From NCBI GenBank assembly GCA_016283295.1, contig JAEEMQ010000030.1, positions 11,482 through 75,481 of the forward strand: a stretch of DNA of 64,000 nucleotides, read 5' to 3'. Each line of letters starts with the position of its first letter. The first letter of the stretch is position 1. The notes beneath the pieces are model-generated. The model saw only the letters and a program-made list of their open reading frames with translations. It was not told the origin of the DNA and ran no database searches. The position numbers and the translations under genes are program-made. This stretch comes from Alphaproteobacteria bacterium (GTDB taxonomy: Bacteria > Pseudomonadota > Alphaproteobacteria > RF32 > CAG-239). Below are positions 37,172 to 51,192 of the stretch, one piece after another.

Positions 37172-38118
37172 TCCATCATCTCTTTCCGGCGTTTTTTCAA
37201 GGCGGCCAGTTTTTCGCTGACAACACCGGTATCGCGTCCGGCCTGCGCCAAACGGTTATACATTTTTTCGATTTCGTTTTCAAAATAGGCGGTGCGAACC
37301 TCGTCTTGCAACACCTGTCGGTCAAAATCGCTGCCGTGTTCTTTGATAAAATCCATCCGCTCGGCGCAAACTTCAACATCCATGTTGTAATTTTCTTTTT
37401 GTTTGCTGTAATAAGGCAGTTCATAAATCAGCTTACGCGACATTACAAACACCTCTTTACTGCTGCTGTAATCAATCTTTTTCAGCTTCAGCCAGCGGAA
37501 AGCGATTTCCAGTTCTTCAGGGTTATCCACCACAATAAACGGTACCGGGTCGGCGAATCCTTCCTGCGCAATATGTTTCAAAAATTCAAGCAAATGGTGG
37601 AAAAAGCCGTTGATGTTATAAATGATGAAAGGCTTTATCGGCAACATTTCGTCCTGCATGGCCACGCAGTCATAAGCCAGTTCGTCCAACGTGCCGACAC
37701 CGCCCGGCGTAAACACCACAAAATCGGCTTTCAATAATTTACGTTTACGTTCCTCAAGTGTGCGCGCCACCACAATATCCATTTTGCGAATCAGCTCGTC
37801 GTCGCTCGGATATAAATCAAAATATTTTTTAGTGGTAATACCCTGAATCGGGAACTCGCCTTTTCCCTCCTGTTTGTCGTTCCAACCGTCGATAACACCG
37901 CGAGCCACCGCGCCCATAATGCCTCTGTTGGAGAGTCCGAAGTCGAGTTTAAACTCCATTTCGATAATTTTGCGCCCCAAAATATATGCCTCTTGCGCAT
38001 ATTGCTTTTCGTTGCCGGAACGCGAACCGCCGGCCACAAAAACTCTGATACCCGCTTTTTTGTTTTCCTTTTTAAAGCTTTCCAAAACTTTATCGTTAAC
38101 TTCGGCTTCTTTGCTCAT
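37168..38118 (-). CDS. LOG-family (TIGR00730-like) nucleotide phosphoribohydrolase with a ~120-aa C-terminal extension
   Basis: 316 aa with the PGGxGTxxE motif (FTPGGVGTLDELAY) and a Rossmann-like N-terminus (IRVFVAGGSRSG). The C-terminal third is helical and unrecognised. Confidence 0.7.
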   Translation of the reverse strand: MSKEAEVNDKVLESFKKENKKAGIRVFVAGGSRSGNEKQYAQEAYILGRKIIEMEFKLDFGLSNRGIMGAVARGVIDGWNDKQEGKGEFPIQGITTKKYFDLYPSDDELIRKMDIVVARTLEERKRKLLKADFVVFTPGGVGTLDELAYDCVAMQDEMLPIKPFIIYNINGFFHHLLEFLKHIAQEGFADPVPFIVVDNPEELEIAFRWLKLKKIDYSSSKEVFVMSRKLIYELPYYSKQKENYNMDVEVCAERMDFIKEHGSDFDRQVLQDEVRTAYFENEIEKMYNRLAQAGRDTGVVSEKLAALKKRRKEMME

Positions 38119-38119
38119 A

Positions 38120-40391
<2,272 letters not shown>

Positions 40392-40392
<1 letters not shown>

Positions 40393-41174
40393 TATTCTTC
40401 TCCTTTTTGCAAAATTTTGCGGGCAATTTGCATAATATCTTCCGCTGCTTCCGAATTGGGATAGCGATTAAGAAGTAAAAAGCGGTTGCGAATGGCGTCA
40501 CGCACTCTGGTATCGCGCCGCACCACCCCCAGCAACGCCGGTGTTTTGGTAATATATTCTTCACAGGCGTGGCGCAAGGTGTTATAGGTTTGCAACCCTT
40601 CTTCATACGATTGCGCGTGATTTACCACGATCTGCATATTTTTATAGCGCTCGGTGGCGGCCGTATCCTGTAAGAATCTATAGGTAGAAACCAAATTTGA
40701 CGGTTCGTTGGTACAAACCAAAATCAAATTGCACTCGTCGGGCAAAATATTGAGCGAAATTTTCTCCGAAGCCGGCAAATCTATCAACAGATAATCATAA
40801 TCCTGAGCCGTCAGCAACAAATCATCGCGCAATATCTGCAGACGGCCGACCGGAGTGCTTTCCAAAATATTGCTGCCGGTGGCGCCGAAAATCGTATCAA
40901 ATTTGCGCCGATTAAGCGGCGTTACGACCTGATTGAGCGTAATATCCGAAGTTAAAACATCATTGAGCGAGTACAAAGACGAAACATCCGTTTGTGCCGC
41001 AACATTTAACAACCCGTTATCGGCATCAAACAACAACACCGATTGTTGCAAAATATTCAAAGCATGCGACAACGTAAGCGTCAACCAAGTTTTACCCATG
41101 CTGCCGACACCCGACGTTATGGCAATGATATTGCTGTTTCGTTGCAAAAATAAGTTTTTATTTATATTTACCAT
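40392..41174 (-). CDS. ParA/MinD/FlhG-like P-loop ATPase
   Basis: 260 aa. Deviant Walker A IAITSGVGSMGKTW and Walker B-like YLLIDLP. Its stop overlaps the downstream ATG by 1 nt (TAATG). Confidence 0.78.
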
Positions 41175-41317
41175 CTTGTACTTTTCAATTTTCTTTTGTA
41201 ATATGTTACAGAATTATTGCTTTTATGCAATCGGTTAAAATCTTTTTAACACAATTTATTTATGCTTGATATGATAAATAACGGCATTGACGGCATAAGA
41301 AAACGGGATATAAAGCT

Positions 41318-42316
41318 ATGAGACTTTTGCGGATTTTTGTATTTTTTTGGGCATTAGGCATCGCTGCTTCTTATGCGGCCGAAGATTCTACCAGTATGGT
41401 TGATGTGGAAAATTATTTCGACACCCCTCTTAACACCGTGGGATGGATTGATTATCCGCCGTTTTCCCGCTATGTGCCTTCACAAAAAGTCGGCAAAAAG
41501 AATCTGATGGAGTTGGAGAGTGCATTTCTGAAGCCGACGATGGACGTTATGGGCAAACACGGTATAAACCTTGTTCCGGTGGAACTTTTCAGCAACGAGT
41601 TGGATTTGAAACTAATGTTGCTCGACGTCAGAAGCGGCAAGCATAAAGTGTTTATCGGCGCATATTCAAACACCCAGCTTTACAGCGGCTTACAAATGAT
41701 TTTTCCGGCCAGCGTTTCTAACCCGATTCACGTGATTACTTCTGCGGACAGCATGACGCAAATCTCCAGCTTCGACGATTTGAAAAATATGCGCGGGGTT
41801 ATGTCAAAAACCGAGCTCTTAAGCGACTTTATCGTCCGCAAAGTTGCCGAAATGGGTGTAGAATTTTTGGATACGCCGTATGAATGTTACGAAAAACTTA
41901 TATTGGGAAAAGCCGATTATATGGTAGGCGGGCTGTATTATAACCGCATGATATCAAGCCATTACGGCGTGAGCAGTTTCCTGTCTTATTCGCAAAAACC
42001 GCTGTTTAAAATCCCGGTATTTATTGCTATATCTAAAGTTACACCGCGACTTTCGCAATATATGGAAGTTTTCCAGGAAGAATTTGCCAAGCCGGAGTAT
42101 GCCACCGCGGTTAAAGAAGAAATTATCCGTATTGTCAGCGAAGAAGAACGGCGCTACGAAGGTACGGTGCCGCCGTCGTTTGTACAATACGATACCGAAG
42201 ACGAGCCGAAAGACTTTTTGGAAGTTGAAGATGATTTAACCGACAAAGGCGGTCATGTGATTGAACAAAAAGTCGAGGAAAAATCGATAGACGAGGTTAT
42301 TGAGGGAATTTATTAG
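41318..42316 (+). CDS. Periplasmic protein, type 2 substrate-binding-protein-like, with an acidic C-terminal tail
   Basis: 332 aa. Signal peptide MRLLRIFVFFWALGIAASYA. The patterns …WIDYPPFS… and …GKADYMVGG… resemble family-3 SBPs. The C-terminal 60 aa are Glu/Asp-rich. Confidence 0.55.
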   Translation: MRLLRIFVFFWALGIAASYAAEDSTSMVDVENYFDTPLNTVGWIDYPPFSRYVPSQKVGKKNLMELESAFLKPTMDVMGKHGINLVPVELFSNELDLKLMLLDVRSGKHKVFIGAYSNTQLYSGLQMIFPASVSNPIHVITSADSMTQISSFDDLKNMRGVMSKTELLSDFIVRKVAEMGVEFLDTPYECYEKLILGKADYMVGGLYYNRMISSHYGVSSFLSYSQKPLFKIPVFIAISKVTPRLSQYMEVFQEEFAKPEYATAVKEEIIRIVSEEERRYEGTVPPSFVQYDTEDEPKDFLEVEDDLTDKGGHVIEQKVEEKSIDEVIEGIY

Positions 42317-42324
42317 GAGGTTTT

Positions 42325-42990
42325 ATGGTTCTTTTGGTACATAGCAATATTTTACCGCAATGCCGCAAGATTCGGATATTAATGGCCGAAAAGAGAATGC
42401 TGTATGTTTTGAAAGAAGAAACTCCATGGGCCTTGTCTACGGATATCAAAAAAATCAATCCGGCCGGAGAACTGCCGGTGTTTATCTTTGACGGCAACAT
42501 TATTGCCGGCAATTATGCCATTACCGAATTTTTGGAAGAAACCTATACCCAGAATCGCCTGATTAACGGCAACAATAAAGAGCGTGCCGAAACCCGCCGG
42601 TTGGTTGATTGGTTTGATAATAAGTTCCATCGGGAAGTTTATCAATACATCGTCGGCGAAAAAATATATAAAAGGTTTGCCCTGCATCAACCGCCGGAAT
42701 CCAAACGCATTCAGACCGGTATAAACAATTTGCGCTTTCATCTGGAATATATCGATTGGATGGTCGAGCGCAACAATTATCTGGTCAGCGGCGGATTTTC
42801 CATGGCCGATATCAGCGCGGCGGCACAACTTTCCATTATAGATTATTTGGGCGATGTGCCGTGGGAAGATTTTAAAAATGCCAAACAGTGGTATTCGCAA
42901 ATCAAGTCGCGGCCGAGCTTTAAAGAAATTTTAAACGACCGTATCAAAAATATATATCCGTCAACCCATTATACCAATTTGGATTTTTAA
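42325..42990 (+). CDS. Glutathione S-transferase family protein
   Basis: 221 aa. N-terminal thioredoxin-like part (…INPAGELPVF…) and a C-terminal helical GST domain. GGAGG SD. Confidence 0.82.
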   Translation: MVLLVHSNILPQCRKIRILMAEKRMLYVLKEETPWALSTDIKKINPAGELPVFIFDGNIIAGNYAITEFLEETYTQNRLINGNNKERAETRRLVDWFDNKFHREVYQYIVGEKIYKRFALHQPPESKRIQTGINNLRFHLEYIDWMVERNNYLVSGGFSMADISAAAQLSIIDYLGDVPWEDFKNAKQWYSQIKSRPSFKEILNDRIKNIYPSTHYTNLDF

Positions 42991-42991
42991 C

Positions 42992-43450
42992 ATGAGATAT
43001 TTATTGTTTTTATTCAGTTTGTTTTTAGGCGCCTGCTCTTCCACTTACGGAGGCAAGGGACAGGTGATTTATCACTGGGAGAGGGAAAATACCGGTGTGG
43101 CAAAATTCTCGCGCGACCATTCGGAGTGCTTAAAACAGGCTGAAGGCTGGTTCCATTGGCCTAATTTTACCAACTGGTTCTATTCCGAAGAATATCGCTA
43201 CAATATTCATGTCGATTGGCATAAAGAAAAAGGTATTTGGGCGAGTTACGTACCGTATCGCGGTGCTTCGCCGCTGTTGGTAAATTCTATTCGCGACTCA
43301 GCCGAATCTAATCCGAAAGACTATCGTCTGTGTATGGAAAAGAAGGGATATTGGCATCGCAAATACAATATTCCGACCGTGACCAACGTATTCGTGTATA
43401 CGCCGCAAAAACCGTCCGACCGCATACCGTTTGAAGATTTGAACTATTAA
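42992..43450 (+). CDS. Lipoprotein, hypothetical
   Basis: 152 aa with lipobox LFLGAC at MRYLLFLFSLFLGAC-SS. The ATG lies 1 nt after the GST stop. Confidence 0.7.
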   Translation: MRYLLFLFSLFLGACSSTYGGKGQVIYHWERENTGVAKFSRDHSECLKQAEGWFHWPNFTNWFYSEEYRYNIHVDWHKEKGIWASYVPYRGASPLLVNSIRDSAESNPKDYRLCMEKKGYWHRKYNIPTVTNVFVYTPQKPSDRIPFEDLNY

Positions 43451-43460
43451 TAAACCGCAA

Positions 43461-44834
43461 TTATACCGGTGCGCCGATTGCTTTATAAAAAGCAATGAGG
43501 TTTTGTATGGTTTGCGCCACGGCCGCAACATATTCCCGCTGTGCCGCCACCAGATTTTGCTGTGTGCGCATTACATCGGCAAATTCCGCCAAGCCTTGAG
43601 CATATTTTTTCTGAGTTAACTCCGCCGCGGTTTGCATATTGTGCCACGCCGCGTATTGATTACGCGCCACGGTTTTGCTCGCTTCATAAGCCGTTTGAGC
43701 ATTGCGAATCTCGGTTATGGCATTCAACACCGCCTGCTTATAATTTTCCAAAGTTTCGCGGCGAGCCGATTCCTGCAATTTTACGTTATTTTGCAGCTTA
43801 TTCCAATCCAACAGCGGCAGAGTCAGCAGCGGCGCATAATTATAATTTCGATTGCTTGAGCGAAGCAGTTTGCCGCCGCTTGACGCCGCATAGCCCCACA
43901 AACCGCTGATACTGACATCGGGATAAAGCTCCGCCACCGCCGCCCCGACCAGTGCATTTTGCGCCGCCAGCTTTTGTTCGGCCGCCGCCACATCGGGCCG
44001 CAACCGCACCACACACAGCGGGAAATCAAACAATTCCGCCTCAGCCACCGCCGGCAACGATAATTTTTGCGGCAACTTTACCGTATCCGATTCCGCCGGC
44101 AATATGCCGATAATTGCGGCCAACGCGTTTTTATATTTTTCAATCTCCGCCCGATATTGCGGAATTTGCGCCCGCGTATTTTCCAGCAGATATTGTGCTT
44201 CGCGATAGCTTGTTTCGTTACTCAATCCGCTTTTATATTTGGCACTTACCGTAGCAAAAATTTCTTGTTGCAAGCGGGCATTTTGTTCGGCAAAGCGCAG
44301 ATTTTCCGTGTTTTGCAACAAGCCGATATAATCGGCGGCAATTTCGGCGGCAATCACGTTACGGACATCTTGCAAAGTGTATTCGGCCGCCAAGGCGGCA
44401 GCTTCGTCCGCCTCGGTTTGTCGCCGGCCTTTGCCCCACAAATCAAGCTCCCACGAAGCGTCAAATCCGGCGGAATAATAATGCGAATCGACGGCATCGC
44501 TGTTTTTGCCGTATTTTTCATAATCATACCCGCCCTTGAAACCGACTTGCGGCAAGTATTCGGCTTGATTTATGCGCAAGGCGGCGCGAGCCCGATAGAG
44601 CCGCTCGATTGCCGCATGAATGTCGGTGTTGTTTTGCAAGCCTTTTTCCACCAAATCGTCGAGTTGCAAATATCCGAGCCGACGATACCATTTTTCGGGC
44701 AAAGGACGATTTTCTTTAAGATGCAACTCCCGCGCCATTGTCGCTTCGTCATAAAAATCCGGCCGCACGTAATCGGGCCCGACATTACAGGCGACGCAAA
44801 GCAAAATCAATATGCAACCTGAAATATTACGCAT
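43461..44834 (-). CDS. RND efflux outer-membrane factor lipoprotein (NodT family)
   Basis: Start trimmed to ATG 44834 ([17 protein letters not shown] lipobox). Two TolC-like repeats. Last gene of the MFP-RND-OMF operon; overlaps the RND stop by 8 nt. Confidence 0.88.
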   Translation of the reverse strand: MRNISGCILILLCVACNVGPDYVRPDFYDEATMARELHLKENRPLPEKWYRRLGYLQLDDLVEKGLQNNTDIHAAIERLYRARAALRINQAEYLPQVGFKGGYDYEKYGKNSDAVDSHYYSAGFDASWELDLWGKGRRQTEADEAAALAAEYTLQDVRNVIAAEIAADYIGLLQNTENLRFAEQNARLQQEIFATVSAKYKSGLSNETSYREAQYLLENTRAQIPQYRAEIEKYKNALAAIIGILPAESDTVKLPQKLSLPAVAEAELFDFPLCVVRLRPDVAAAEQKLAAQNALVGAAVAELYPDVSISGLWGYAASSGGKLLRSSNRNYNYAPLLTLPLLDWNKLQNNVKLQESARRETLENYKQAVLNAITEIRNAQTAYEASKTVARNQYAAWHNMQTAAELTQKKYAQGLAEFADVMRTQQNLVAAQREYVAAVAQTIQNLIAFYKAIGAPV

Positions 44835-47800
44835 TTGCTTTCTCCTTGGCCGGCGGCTGAAAATGCTCTTTAAGAGTCTCAAAAATCGCAAACAGCGCCG
44901 GAATAAATACTATGCCGATGACGGTGGCAAAAATCATACCGAAAAACACCGCCGAGCCGATGGCAATTTGCGAACCGGCGCCCGCGCCTTTGGCGATAAT
45001 CATCGGAAACACTCCCAAAATAAAGGTAAATGCCGTCATCAACACCGCGCGATACCGCTCCGCGGCACCCTTTGCGGCGGCTTCAACAATACTGAAACCC
45101 TGCTCGCGATACATTTTGGTAAATTCCACAATCAGAATTGCGTTTTTGGCCGCCAATCCGATAAGCATAACCAGACCGAGCTGCGCATAAATACTCAGCG
45201 ACTCGCCCATAAAAAACAGGCCGATTAATGCGCCCGATATGGCAAATACCGTTGAAAAAATTACCGACAGAGCCAAACACCAGCTTTCGTACAATGCCAC
45301 CAAAAACAAATAGCAAAATACTGCCGCCAAAGCGATGAGAAAGCCGGCAACCCCTCGGTTTTCAACCTCTTGCAGACTTAATCCGGTCCACGAAACGGCG
45401 AAATCTTTGCCGGCTTCCCGTTGCAATTCTTCCAGCTCATCCAGGGCCGTACCGCTACTGACGCCCTCGCGCGACATAGCCGTGACTCCGGCCGCAGTAT
45501 ATTGATTAAAGCGATAAACGGTTTTCGGCGAAAGTTCGGTCTGCACTTTAGCAAAACTGTCAAGGCGAATCAGCTTGCCGTCTTGCGAGCGCACCTGCAA
45601 ACGACCAATATCTTCAATGTTGCCGCGATACGCATAATCGGCCTGCAAAATAACTTTGTTTACCTGCCCGCTCAAGGTAATATTGTTAATATAGCGTGAG
45701 CCCAGATTATTTTGCAATACCGCAAACAAATCAGCCACATTAACCTTATAATATTCGGCTTTGCGGCGATCGATATCCAAATATACATGCGGCGTATCGG
45801 CGGTAAAATTAGAAAAAGCATAACTGAAATCCGGCGATTGATTCACTTTAAGCAGATATTTGTTGAGAGAAGCGGCCAATTCCGAAGCCGATATTCGATT
45901 GTCGGTTGCCAGATATTCAAACGAAATGCCGTTGCTTTGTCCCACCCCGACAATAGCCGGCGGCGCAAAAAAGTTAATTTCGGCCTCATTAAAATCGGCA
46001 AATTTTTGACTTAAAGTCTGACGAATCGCCTCAACCGACAAATTTTTGGCGTCACGCTCATCCCACGGCTCCAACCCGATAACCCCGAAGGCCACGTTTT
46101 CGCCACCGCCGCCGAGCATACTGTATCCGGCAACCGTCATAAAATATTTGACTCCCGGCGTCGGCAAAATCCGCTTATTCATTTCGCTGATAACTTCGTT
46201 GGTGCGATTTATGCCGGAAATATCGGAGAGCTGCACATCGGCAAACAAAATCCCCTGGTCTTCTTCCGGCAAAAACGAGGTCGGAGTTCGCCAAAACATC
46301 AGACCGATGGCTACCGTCACAGCCGCAATAATCAGCGCCGTCAGTCGCAAACGCTCGGCAAAATAGCCGACAAAGCGCAGATAATGTTTTTGGCTCCAGG
46401 CCAGCAACTCGTCAAACTTTTGAAAGAATATGCCGACTTTTTGCGTTTTTTCGTCTTTGAGAAAAATAGCGCACAAGGCCGGGCTTAAGCTCAGCGCGTT
46501 TATGGAAGAAAAGCTTACCGCCGTGGCAATGGTAACGGCAAACTGCTGATAGATTTTACCGGTTATGCCGGCCATCATACCAACCGGAATAAAAATTGCC
46601 AGCAACACAAAAGTCGTGGCCACAACCGCACTGCCGATTTCGCGCATCGCCGTTAGCGCGGCCTCGTGCGCATTCATATTGTTTTTGCCGATTAAATATT
46701 GCACCCGTTCCACCACGATAATCGCGTCGTCAACCACCAAACCGATGGCTAAAATCATCGCAAACAAAGTCAGAATATTGATGTTATATCCCAGCACATA
46801 AATCACGGCAAAAGTGGCAATCAACGAAACGGGAATGGTCAGCAACGGTATCAAAGTGGTGGTGATTTTTTGCAAAAACACATAAGTTACCAAAACCACC
46901 AAAATAAACGTTATCAGGAGCGTATCCAAAATGCCTTTGATGGAGGCCCGCACATAATCGGTAGAATCGTATAAAACGCGAAACTCCGTATCAGCCGGCA
47001 ATTTTGCCGTCATTTCCGCCATTTTTTTGCGAATGTCTTTCATAATTTGCAGCGAGTTGGTATTCGGCGTTTGATTAACGGCCATTATCAGAGCCGGCGA
47101 ATCGTTATAGGCCGATTTTAAGTTATAAGTATCGGCACCGAGCTCAATATGCGCCACGTCTTTGAGATAGACAATACCTCCGCCGGCAGAAGAAGTGATT
47201 ACGATATTTTCAAAATCTTCCACCGTTTGCAACAAACCCTTAGCGGTCAACGCAAGCACTATTTTGTTGGTGCGATCACTCGGTGCCGCCCCGATGCTGC
47301 CGACCGAGGCTTGTACGTTTTGGTTTTTAACCGCATTCATCACATCGGTCGCCGTCAGCCCCATCGAATACAGCTTGTCGCTGTTGAGCCAGATTCGCAT
47401 ACTGTATTGCGGGCCGAATATTTGCACATCGCCCACCCCTTTGACGCGGGAAAGCTCGTTTTTCAGGTTGGTATAGGCATAGTTGCTCAAAAATAAATCG
47501 TCGTGCGTATGGTTCGGCGAGCGCAACACCAACATCGCCAAAATATTGGAATTCTGCGTTTTGACGTCCATTCCGTATTGCGTAACTTCCTGCGGCAATT
47601 CCGACATTACCTGTTGCAAGCGGTTTTGCACCTTAACCTGAGCAATATCGGCATCGGTTCCCACCTCAAAAGTTACCGTCAGTTTATACGAGCCGTTGTC
47701 ATCGGAAGAAGACGACATATAAAGCATATTATCGACGCCGTTGACTTCGTTTTCTACCGGCACCGCCACCGTATCGGCCAAAACTTCGGCATTGGCGCCG

Positions 47801-47952
47801 ATATAGGTGGTAGAAACAACAATTTGCGGCGGGGTAATTTCCGGATATTGCGCCACCGGCAACACCGCCACCGCCAAAAGCCCGAGCATAACCATTACAA
47901 CGGAGACCACAATGGCAAAACGCGGCCGATTGATAAAAAATGCCGAAAACAT
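44827..47952 (-). CDS. RND multidrug efflux transporter (AcrB/HAE1 family)
   Basis: About 1041 aa, [16 protein letters not shown]…, 12-TM architecture with two large periplasmic loops. ATG 47952 overlaps the MFP stop (TGATG). Confidence 0.95.
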   Translation of the reverse strand: MFSAFFINRPRFAIVVSVVMVMLGLLAVAVLPVAQYPEITPPQIVVSTTYIGANAEVLADTVAVPVENEVNGVDNMLYMSSSSDDNGSYKLTVTFEVGTDADIAQVKVQNRLQQVMSELPQEVTQYGMDVKTQNSNILAMLVLRSPNHTHDDLFLSNYAYTNLKNELSRVKGVGDVQIFGPQYSMRIWLNSDKLYSMGLTATDVMNAVKNQNVQASVGSIGAAPSDRTNKIVLALTAKGLLQTVEDFENIVITSSAGGGIVYLKDVAHIELGADTYNLKSAYNDSPALIMAVNQTPNTNSLQIMKDIRKKMAEMTAKLPADTEFRVLYDSTDYVRASIKGILDTLLITFILVVLVTYVFLQKITTTLIPLLTIPVSLIATFAVIYVLGYNINILTLFAMILAIGLVVDDAIIVVERVQYLIGKNNMNAHEAALTAMREIGSAVVATTFVLLAIFIPVGMMAGITGKIYQQFAVTIATAVSFSSINALSLSPALCAIFLKDEKTQKVGIFFQKFDELLAWSQKHYLRFVGYFAERLRLTALIIAAVTVAIGLMFWRTPTSFLPEEDQGILFADVQLSDISGINRTNEVISEMNKRILPTPGVKYFMTVAGYSMLGGGGENVAFGVIGLEPWDERDAKNLSVEAIRQTLSQKFADFNEAEINFFAPPAIVGVGQSNGISFEYLATDNRISASELAASLNKYLLKVNQSPDFSYAFSNFTADTPHVYLDIDRRKAEYYKVNVADLFAVLQNNLGSRYINNITLSGQVNKVILQADYAYRGNIEDIGRLQVRSQDGKLIRLDSFAKVQTELSPKTVYRFNQYTAAGVTAMSREGVSSGTALDELEELQREAGKDFAVSWTGLSLQEVENRGVAGFLIALAAVFCYLFLVALYESWCLALSVIFSTVFAISGALIGLFFMGESLSIYAQLGLVMLIGLAAKNAILIVEFTKMYREQGFSIVEAAAKGAAERYRAVLMTAFTFILGVFPMIIAKGAGAGSQIAIGSAVFFGMIFATVIGIVFIPALFAIFETLKEHFQPPAKEKANA

Positions 47953-49085
47953 CAATCTTGCTCCGCCTGCGGGGTTTTGACCGTAACTTTTTGATTAATG
48001 AGGCGCGGCTCAACGCTTTCGCTGACTAAATAAGTATCGGCGGAAAATTCGTCGCCGATGACATATTGATTGTTATGCGTGCCGTATATCCGGATTTTTT
48101 GCGTTTGCAACACCCCGTTTTGCACCACGTTTATATAATCTCCGTCCGGCCGCATATCCACATAGTTTTTGGGCCAAAGCAACACCTTGTCGTAAGTTCG
48201 CTCCAGCAAAACCTCTACAAAAGCATTGGGCATCAGCTTGCGGTCGGGGTTGGCAAATTCGGCATACACCGCCACCGAGCCGGTCTGCTCGTTTACGATG
48301 TTAGCGGCATATTCGATATTGCCGGTTTGTTCAAACATTTCGCCGTTGGCCAGTTTAAGCCTTATGACCAAATTCTGCGGCTCGAAATTTTTGAAATGAT
48401 TTAAATATTCCTTGTCAGATACGGAAAATACCACGCGAATCGGGTTATATTGCACGATTTCCATCAAGTTACGGCTCTGCGGCGACACATATTCGCCGAC
48501 CGATACGTTGATATTGCCCAAAACCCCGTCAAAAGGTGCGGTCAGATAGGTATAATCATACTCGGTTTGCGCGGTTTCCCGTCCGGCCAGCGCCTTTTTT
48601 AAGGCGGCAACCGCCGTCAGATAATCGGCCTCGGCACTATCCATTTCTGCCGGTGAAACAGCCTTGTCCCCGGCTTTTTGCATGCGCTCGTATTTGGTTT
48701 TGGCATTAAATAAATCGGCGCGCGCGGCCGATACGTCGGCTTCGGCCTGAGCCAGTGCGGCAATATATTGCTCCTGCTTGATGGTAGCCAGAACTTCGCC
48801 TTTTTGCACAAATTTACCGCCCTCGGCGACGACGCTGACAACGTATCCGCTGATATACGGCACAATCTGCGCCTGATTTATGGCATCTACCTGCCCGATA
48901 TAGTTGTCGGTTACGGTAATTTCGCGCGCCTGCGGTTTGACTGCATTTATCTGCGGCAAATCTTCCGCCTTGATTGTTATGGGCGAATGGCGGTGATGAT
49001 ACAGCCAATAGCCGCCGTTGAGCCCGAGCACAAGCAATATAACCGCCGCAACACGTCCGATTATTTTTTTATGGTTTTCTTTCAT
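47952..49085 (-). CDS. RND efflux periplasmic adaptor (membrane fusion protein)
   Basis: Start trimmed to ATG 49085 (GGAGGA SD). N-terminal TM anchor, then a coiled-coil hairpin plus lipoyl/beta-barrel pattern. Confidence 0.9.
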   Translation of the reverse strand: MKENHKKIIGRVAAVILLVLGLNGGYWLYHHRHSPITIKAEDLPQINAVKPQAREITVTDNYIGQVDAINQAQIVPYISGYVVSVVAEGGKFVQKGEVLATIKQEQYIAALAQAEADVSAARADLFNAKTKYERMQKAGDKAVSPAEMDSAEADYLTAVAALKKALAGRETAQTEYDYTYLTAPFDGVLGNINVSVGEYVSPQSRNLMEIVQYNPIRVVFSVSDKEYLNHFKNFEPQNLVIRLKLANGEMFEQTGNIEYAANIVNEQTGSVAVYAEFANPDRKLMPNAFVEVLLERTYDKVLLWPKNYVDMRPDGDYINVVQNGVLQTQKIRIYGTHNNQYVIGDEFSADTYLVSESVEPRLINQKVTVKTPQAEQD

Positions 49086-49145
49086 GATATCCTCCGGATT
49101 GTCATCTGCTAAAATATGCCGCAAAACCGTGTTTTCAAGAGCCGG

Positions 49146-50018
49146 CTATTGCATTACTTCCACGGCTTTGGCAATTTTGCGAATCGAGTTAAGCTCAATT
49201 TGGCGCACTCGTTCTTTTGAAATGTGGTAAGTACGACTCAAATCATCCAAAGTAATATTTTCTTCGCTCAGGCGGCGTTTGTATAAAATATCTTTTTCGC
49301 GCGGGTTCAAAACCGTGATGGCTCGGTTAAACAGCTTGCGGCGATAATTCATGGTTTCGCGGTAGGCTAATTGTTCTTCCTGATTAGGTTTGGTGTCATA
49401 GATAAAATCTATCCATTCGGCCCCGCCGTCCGAGCTTTGATTATCTATCACGATATTAAGCGAACCGTCATGCGCCTTCAGCCGCGTATTCATATCGGTA
49501 ACCTCTTGAGCGCTGACATCAAGCGAATCGGCAATATCCTGTATTATGCGGTCGGAAAGCTCGCGGTCGTCGGTTAAGTTCAGGCTGTTTTTTATTTTGC
49601 GCAGATTGAAAAACAGCTTTTTCTGCGCGGCGGTCGTGCCGAGTTTGACCAGCGACCACGAATTGAGGATGTATTTTTGCACCGCGGCCTTAATCCACCA
49701 CAAAGCATAAGTAGAAAAACGAAACCCTTTATCCGGCTCAAATTTGTTGATAGCATACAATAAACCTATGTTACCTTCCGAAATCATCTCGTTTATCGGT
49801 AAACCGTAACCTTTATATTTTGAAACAACTTTAATAACCAGACGCAAATGCGAGGTTATCAATTTATAGGCAATATCTTTATCCTGTGTTTGTTTATATT
49901 TTACCGCCAGCTCGTATTCTTCTTCCTGCGAGAGCAACGGGTATTTGCGAATGTTCTGCAAATAGCGCGACAAATTGGTGTCGGGCGAAAAGTCCAGTCC
50001 GGTAAGAGCAGTTTCCAT
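49146..50018 (-). CDS. rpoH: RNA polymerase sigma-32 (heat-shock sigma factor RpoH)
   Basis: 290 aa. Sigma70 regions 2-4 and the RpoH box (AQKKLFFNLRKIK). AAGGAGG SD. Confidence 0.92.
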   Translation of the reverse strand: METALTGLDFSPDTNLSRYLQNIRKYPLLSQEEEYELAVKYKQTQDKDIAYKLITSHLRLVIKVVSKYKGYGLPINEMISEGNIGLLYAINKFEPDKGFRFSTYALWWIKAAVQKYILNSWSLVKLGTTAAQKKLFFNLRKIKNSLNLTDDRELSDRIIQDIADSLDVSAQEVTDMNTRLKAHDGSLNIVIDNQSSDGGAEWIDFIYDTKPNQEEQLAYRETMNYRRKLFNRAITVLNPREKDILYKRRLSEENITLDDLSRTYHISKERVRQIELNSIRKIAKAVEVMQ

Positions 50019-50047
50019 GTCGTCCTCCTTTCTGTTGACCGTTCCAA

Positions 50048-50076
50048 ATGATAAGAACGAACCGAAAGTTTCACAA
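50048..50076 (-). promoter_or_regulatory. Putative sigma70 promoter of rpoH
   Basis: On the minus strand: TTGTGA (50076-50071), 17-nt spacer, TATCAT (50053-50048). Confidence 0.35.
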
Positions 50077-50118
50077 CCTGAACTTTAGATTTAAAAACAT
50101 ATAAAGGGTTATATTAAT

Positions 50119-51093
50119 TTAAGAAATCGCCGCCAATTTTGCCAATAATTCCGCCATATCCGCCGGCAACTCCGAATCGAACTGCATAAATTGTTTGCTG
50201 CGCGGATGAACAAAGCCCAAACTCTTGGCATGCAACGCTTGCCGCGGAAAAGTGTTGACATAGTTTTTTAAATCGGTCGGTAATGCCAATTCGGATTTTT
50301 TGCTTTTAACATAAACCTTGTCGCCGATAAGCGCATTACCTTTGCTGCTTAAGTGTACGCGAATCTGATGAGTGCGACCGGTTTCAAGATTACACTGCAC
50401 CAAGGACGCCGCCTTGCCGAATGCTTGCAGGGTTTTGTAATTGGTGGCGGCAAATTTTCCGCCGCTTTCCACTAAGGCCATTTTCTTGCGGTCGAATTTG
50501 CTGCGACCGATGTTGCCCTCTATCCGCCCGCTCAAAGGATTAAGCACTCCGTAAACCACCGCCAGATACGTGCGCTCGATGGAGTGTTCGGCAAATTGTT
50601 CGCTCAAAAAATTATGAGCGTAATCATTTTTGGCGGCAACCAACAAACCGCTGGTTTCTTTATCTATGCGGTGCACAATACCGGGACGCTTGACCCCGCC
50701 GATTCCCGATAAATTATCGCGACAATGGTACAAAAGCGCATTAACCAATGTCCCGCTGTATGCGCCGGCCGCCGGATGCACCGTCATTCCGGCCGGCTTG
50801 TTTATCACGATTAAGTCATCATCTTCAAAGACCACATCTAATGCAATATTCTCGGCAACCGGCTCGGCCTCTTGCGGCGGCGGTAGGGTAACCTGAAACG
50901 AATCTCCCGCCCGCACCGCAAAAGAATTATCGGTAATAATTACATCTTCGCAAGTTACCATGCCGGTTGCGATTAATTTTTGGATTCGCGAGCGCGATAT
51001 ATCCGGCATTTGCTGCGCCAGATATTTATCCAAGCGCATTTTGGCTTCTGCCGCACCGACTTCCGGCGTTATAATCAGGTTTTCCGTATCCAT
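50119..51093 (-). CDS. rluD: 23S rRNA pseudouridine synthase, RluD family
   Basis: 324 aa. S4 domain (RLDKYLAQQMPDISRSRIQKLI) and the catalytic HRIDKETSGLLV motif. Confidence 0.9.
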   Translation of the reverse strand: MDTENLIITPEVGAAEAKMRLDKYLAQQMPDISRSRIQKLIATGMVTCEDVIITDNSFAVRAGDSFQVTLPPPQEAEPVAENIALDVVFEDDDLIVINKPAGMTVHPAAGAYSGTLVNALLYHCRDNLSGIGGVKRPGIVHRIDKETSGLLVAAKNDYAHNFLSEQFAEHSIERTYLAVVYGVLNPLSGRIEGNIGRSKFDRKKMALVESGGKFAATNYKTLQAFGKAASLVQCNLETGRTHQIRVHLSSKGNALIGDKVYVKSKKSELALPTDLKNYVNTFPRQALHAKSLGFVHPRSKQFMQFDSELPADMAELLAKLAAIS

Positions 51094-51192
51094 TTTAAGC
51101 TTTTTTTATTATATTTTACGATTTTACTTTTCTTTTATAATAAGGGTTGATATACTTAATTGCAAGAAAAGTTTAAAGGGAGTGCTGATTTT

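Noticed and set aside
41291-41320. TTGACG-16 nt-TATAAA ending 3 nt before the ATG at 41318, as a possible leaderless mRNA promoter.
   Set aside because: The expected TSS would fall inside the coding sequence rather than at the A of the ATG. Too speculative to annotate.
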